Shown piece after piece: positions 60,996-64,000 of a DNA stretch of 64,000 nt. Origin of the DNA: an uncultured Pseudomonadota bacterium. Lineage in GTDB: Bacteria; Pseudomonadota; Gammaproteobacteria; Methylococcales; Methylomonadaceae. The DNA lies in contig CAILJB010000036.1 of the NCBI GenBank assembly GCA_903834465.1, forward strand, positions 4,386 through 68,385, given 5' to 3'. Each line of letters opens with the position of its first letter. Position 1 is the first letter of the stretch. The notes beneath the pieces were generated by a model. The model ran no database searches. It had not been told where the DNA came from and was given only the letters and a program-made list of their open reading frames with translations. Position numbers and translations under genes: made by a program.

Positions 60996-61013
60996 ATAAT
61001 GAACCAATCATTT

Positions 61014-61047
61014 TCGTCACAATCTTGTCATCGCGGCTAAATAAACT
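61014..61047 (+). promoter_or_regulatory. Pho box plus -10 upstream of ppk
   Basis: TCGTCAC-AATC-TTGTCAT-CGCG-GCTAAA-TAAACT shares AATCTTGTCAT with the pstS site and has identical spacing. Confidence 0.5.
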
Positions 61048-61092
61048 TAGCCTATCACTCAATTATTTAAAAACCATGACAAAAACTAAACC

Positions 61093-63183
61093 ATGATTGA
61101 CATTCCAGATGAAATAAATTTACAAAAACCGGAACTTTATATTAACCGTGAATTGAGTTTGCTTGAATTCAATAAGCGTGTATTGGCGCAAGCAAAAGAT
61201 AAAAGTGTGCCACTACTCGAACGACTGAATTATTTATGTATTTCCTGCTCAAATTTAGATGAATTCTTTGAAGTGCGTGTTGCTAGCGTCATTGAAATGG
61301 TGGCAATGGATCCCGATACACGCGGTATTGATGGTTTAACGCCTAAAGATCAATTAGAACTGATTTCTGTGCAAACGCGGCAATTGGTCGATGATCAATA
61401 CAAAACATTAAATGATATTTTGTTGCCTGAACTTGAAAAAGAAAACATCCATTTTGTTCGTCGCCACAAATGGACGGCAGCACAACGTAAATGGTTAGAA
61501 GCGTATTTTAACGAAGAAATTTTGCCTGTTTTAACGCCTGTCGGGTTAGATTCGGCACATCCATTTCCGCGCATTTTAAACAAAAGTTTAAATTTCATTA
61601 TCTCTCTTACAGGCAAAGATGCGTTCGGGCGTAATAGCGGACGCGCGGTTTTACAAGCTCCACGCTCCTTACCACGCATTATCAAATTACCCAGCCAAGA
61701 AACGAATAGTGGCGTAAACGATTTTGTCTTTTTATCATCAATTATTCATGCGTTTATCGATCAACTTTTTCACGGCATGAATATCAAAGGTTGCTATCAA
61801 TTCCGTGTCACGCGTAACAGTGATTTTTTTGTTGATGACGATGCTATCGATGATTTATTGCTTGCCGTGGAAGGCGAACTTGCCATGCGAAATTATGGCG
61901 ATGAAGTGCGTTTAGAAATTGACGCGAATTGCCCAGAAGAAACCGTTGCCTTTTTATTAGCGCGATTTGATATGACGCGCGAACGCTTGTTTTTGGTGAA
62001 TGGCCCTGTAAATTTAAGTCGAGTTCAAGAAATTAACGACTTGATTTTGGATCGTCCTGATTTAAAGTTTATTCCGTTTAAGCCTACCATTCCCGCGAAC
62101 TTAACACGGCAAAAAGACATTTTCGCGGCAATTAGACGTAACGATATTTTATTGCACCAACCTTTTGAGTCCTTTGCGCCAGTCGTTGATTTTTTGCGGC
62201 AAGCATCAACAGACCCTGATGTCTTGGCAATTAAACAAACGCTTTATCGCACCGGTTCAGATTCACCGATTGTCAATGCCTTGGTTAAAGCCGCTCGTAA
62301 CGGTAAAGTCGTCACCGTGGTCATCGAGTTACGCGCCCGATTTGATGAAAAAGCCAATATTGATTTGGCCGCTAAATTACAAGAAGCCGCAGTTCATGTG
62401 GTTTATGGCGTAGTGGGTTATAAAACGCACGCCAAAATGTGTTTAGTATTGCGCCGCGAAGATAAAGAATTACGCAATTATGTGCATTTGGGAACAGGAA
62501 ATTATCATCGCAAAACCGCGCAAATTTATACCGATTACGGATTGTTTTCGTGTGATAAAGAGTTGGGCGAAGACGTGCGTCGTGTCTTTACGCAACTTAC
62601 CAGTTTGGGCAAAGTGTCCAAACTTAACAAATTGTTACAATCGCCGTTTACACTTCACAGCGGTTTAATGGAAAAAATTGAGCGTGAAATTCGTCACGCA
62701 AAAAACGGTAAACCGGCAAAAATCATTATTCAAGTCAACGCAGTCGTTGAACCACAAACCATTCAAGCCCTTTATCGCGCTTCGCAAGCTGGCGTGAAAA
62801 TTCAAATGATTGTGCGCGGCATGTGTTGTTTGCGTCCAAATATCAAAGGCGTTTCGGAAAATATTGAAGTGCGTGCCATTGTTGGACGCTTTTTGGAACA
62901 CGCGCGAATTTATGCGTTTGAAAATGACGGTAATCAAGAAGTCTATGCGTCAAGTGCTGATTTGATGAATCGCAATATGTTCAAACGGGTTGAAATCTGT
63001 TTTCCAATTGAAAACAAAAAACTGGCACAACGTATTTTGCGTAATTTGGATTGGTATTTAAAAGACAATTCTCAAGCGTGGATTTTACAAGCCGACGGCA
63101 GTTATATTCGCGCGTCGCGTGCAGAAGATGAAGCCATGATTCAAGCGCAAACGATGTTACTACTCGATGCTCAAACGGTTTAG
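61093..63183 (+). CDS. ppk: polyphosphate kinase 1
   Basis: It is 696 aa. It starts YINRELS.LEFN.RVL, contains the autophosphorylated-His region (GYKTHAKM) and has two PLD-like C-terminal domains. Confidence 0.95.
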   Translation: MIDIPDEINLQKPELYINRELSLLEFNKRVLAQAKDKSVPLLERLNYLCISCSNLDEFFEVRVASVIEMVAMDPDTRGIDGLTPKDQLELISVQTRQLVDDQYKTLNDILLPELEKENIHFVRRHKWTAAQRKWLEAYFNEEILPVLTPVGLDSAHPFPRILNKSLNFIISLTGKDAFGRNSGRAVLQAPRSLPRIIKLPSQETNSGVNDFVFLSSIIHAFIDQLFHGMNIKGCYQFRVTRNSDFFVDDDAIDDLLLAVEGELAMRNYGDEVRLEIDANCPEETVAFLLARFDMTRERLFLVNGPVNLSRVQEINDLILDRPDLKFIPFKPTIPANLTRQKDIFAAIRRNDILLHQPFESFAPVVDFLRQASTDPDVLAIKQTLYRTGSDSPIVNALVKAARNGKVVTVVIELRARFDEKANIDLAAKLQEAAVHVVYGVVGYKTHAKMCLVLRREDKELRNYVHLGTGNYHRKTAQIYTDYGLFSCDKELGEDVRRVFTQLTSLGKVSKLNKLLQSPFTLHSGLMEKIEREIRHAKNGKPAKIIIQVNAVVEPQTIQALYRASQAGVKIQMIVRGMCCLRPNIKGVSENIEVRAIVGRFLEHARIYAFENDGNQEVYASSADLMNRNMFKRVEICFPIENKKLAQRILRNLDWYLKDNSQAWILQADGSYIRASRAEDEAMIQAQTMLLLDAQTV

Positions 63184-63241
63184 TATCAAAACTGTGCTAG
63201 AATTCAACGTAATAATTGTTTAGCTTTTTTAAAGTCAATTT

Positions 63242-63727
63242 ATGGAAAAAATAAAAGTTTTATTTGTCTGCATGGGCAATATTTGTCGCTCGCCTACCGC
63301 AGAAGGTGTGTTTACGCATTTGGTTCAAACCAAAAAATTAGCGCACCTTTTTTCAATCGATTCTGCGGGAACGCACGCTTATCACATAGGCGATGCACCG
63401 GATTTACGCGCTCAAAAAGCAGCCCTGAACCGTGGCATTGATATTAGTCATTTGCGTGGACGGAAAGTCGTTTTTGGCGATTTCGAGGATTTTGATTTTG
63501 TGTTGGCAATGGATGATGACAATCATGCCATTTTAATGGGGGCTTGTCCGCCGCAACATCAACATAAAATTCATTATTTTTTGAGTTTTGCGCCGCAACT
63601 CAACACTCGCGAAGTGCCTGACCCGTATTATGGTGGGGGGCAAGGTTTTGAGCGTGTGTTGGATATGATTGAAGCAGCGAGCGACGGTTTTTTAAAACAT
63701 TTACATGATACGAAACGGTTAGGCTAA
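63242..63727 (+). CDS. low-molecular-weight protein-tyrosine phosphatase
   Basis: It has the CMGNICRS P-loop (CX5R-S), a DSAG block and DPYYG with the general-acid Asp. Confidence 0.85.
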   Translation: MEKIKVLFVCMGNICRSPTAEGVFTHLVQTKKLAHLFSIDSAGTHAYHIGDAPDLRAQKAALNRGIDISHLRGRKVVFGDFEDFDFVLAMDDDNHAILMGACPPQHQHKIHYFLSFAPQLNTREVPDPYYGGGQGFERVLDMIEAASDGFLKHLHDTKRLG

Positions 63728-63732
63728 ATATT

Positions 63733-64000
63733 ATGGCAATTATTTCCAACACGATAAATTACGTCGATGGCGACACAGTTTTAGAAGCCTTTTTTGCGTT
63801 TGATGATGCAATTCAAGGTCAACGTCCCGCTGTTTTAGTCAGTCATCCGTGGGCAGGACGAAGTGAATTTACGGCAAATAAAGCGCGGGAATTGGCGAAA
63901 TTAGGTTATGTCGGTTTTGCACTGGATATGTATGGTGCAGGAAAATTAGGACAAACCGATGCCGAATGCAGCGCGTTAATGCGTCCGTTTGTCGAAGACC
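63733..64000 (+). CDS. dienelactone hydrolase family protein (5' part, runs off window)
   Basis: The N-terminal pattern (…G…LEAFFAFDD……RPAVLVSHPWAGRSEF….A..LA.LGYV.FALD.YG) is typical of DLH-family proteins. The feature is partial. Confidence 0.6.
   Translation, partial: MAIISNTINYVDGDTVLEAFFAFDDAIQGQRPAVLVSHPWAGRSEFTANKARELAKLGYVGFALDMYGAGKLGQTDAECSALMRPFVED

Noticed and set aside
1-64000. I scanned for CRISPR arrays, rRNA/tRNA genes, transposases, integrases, phage genes and long direct or inverted repeats.
   Set aside because: I recognised none, either in the translations or by eye in the intergenic regions. The longest intergenic gaps are about 250 nt or less and show no tRNA-like T-arm/anticodon architecture. 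A proper tRNAscan/Infernal run would be needed for certainty.

Overview
The window looks like a gammaproteobacterial chromosomal segment, AT-rich by eye (G+C not computed) and densely coding on both strands. I could not assign an exact taxon. The gammaproteobacterial call rests on gene content and order (petC-sspAB, tatBC, typA, clpSA-infA, long Pseudomonas-type PstC/PstA). I found no rRNA, tRNA, CRISPR array, transposase or integrase. Most genes are recognisable housekeeping genes: cytochrome c1, sspAB, prmC, hflD, moaB, tatBC, typA, gmk, rfbCDBA, nnr, dtd, ubiC, trpD, nth, miaA, clpS/clpA, infA, rlmL, rpiA, erpA and argC. Three themes stand out.

1. Phosphate and polyphosphate genes are concentrated here: pstSCAB, a half-size phoU paralog followed by phoU, sixA-CHAD-CDF, ppk1 and an LMW-PTP. 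Three hand-identified Pho boxes have identical geometry. They lie upstream of pstS, ppk and a GNAT/nitrilase fusion gene that is followed by an OprB-type porin.

2. Cyclic-nucleotide and c-di-GMP signalling genes are frequent. A dCache-PAS-PAS histidine kinase carries an internal duplication, and it is followed by an OmpR-type regulator, a cNMP-binding/HDOD protein and a GGDEF protein. A degenerate, truncated GGDEF paralog and a PilZ-like protein lie elsewhere in the window.

3. A few small accessory-looking loci match nothing I recognise. The best candidates for something undescribed are:
- an orphan two-gene operon of 67 aa and 163 aa (49382-50101);
- a conserved ~42-nt upstream element that this operon shares with the PilZ-like gene 6 kb away;
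- an AT-rich NYN plus LOTUS-like protein with a ~170-aa unknown C-terminal region, translationally coupled to miaA.

All family calls come from reading motifs in the supplied translations. No database search was run.
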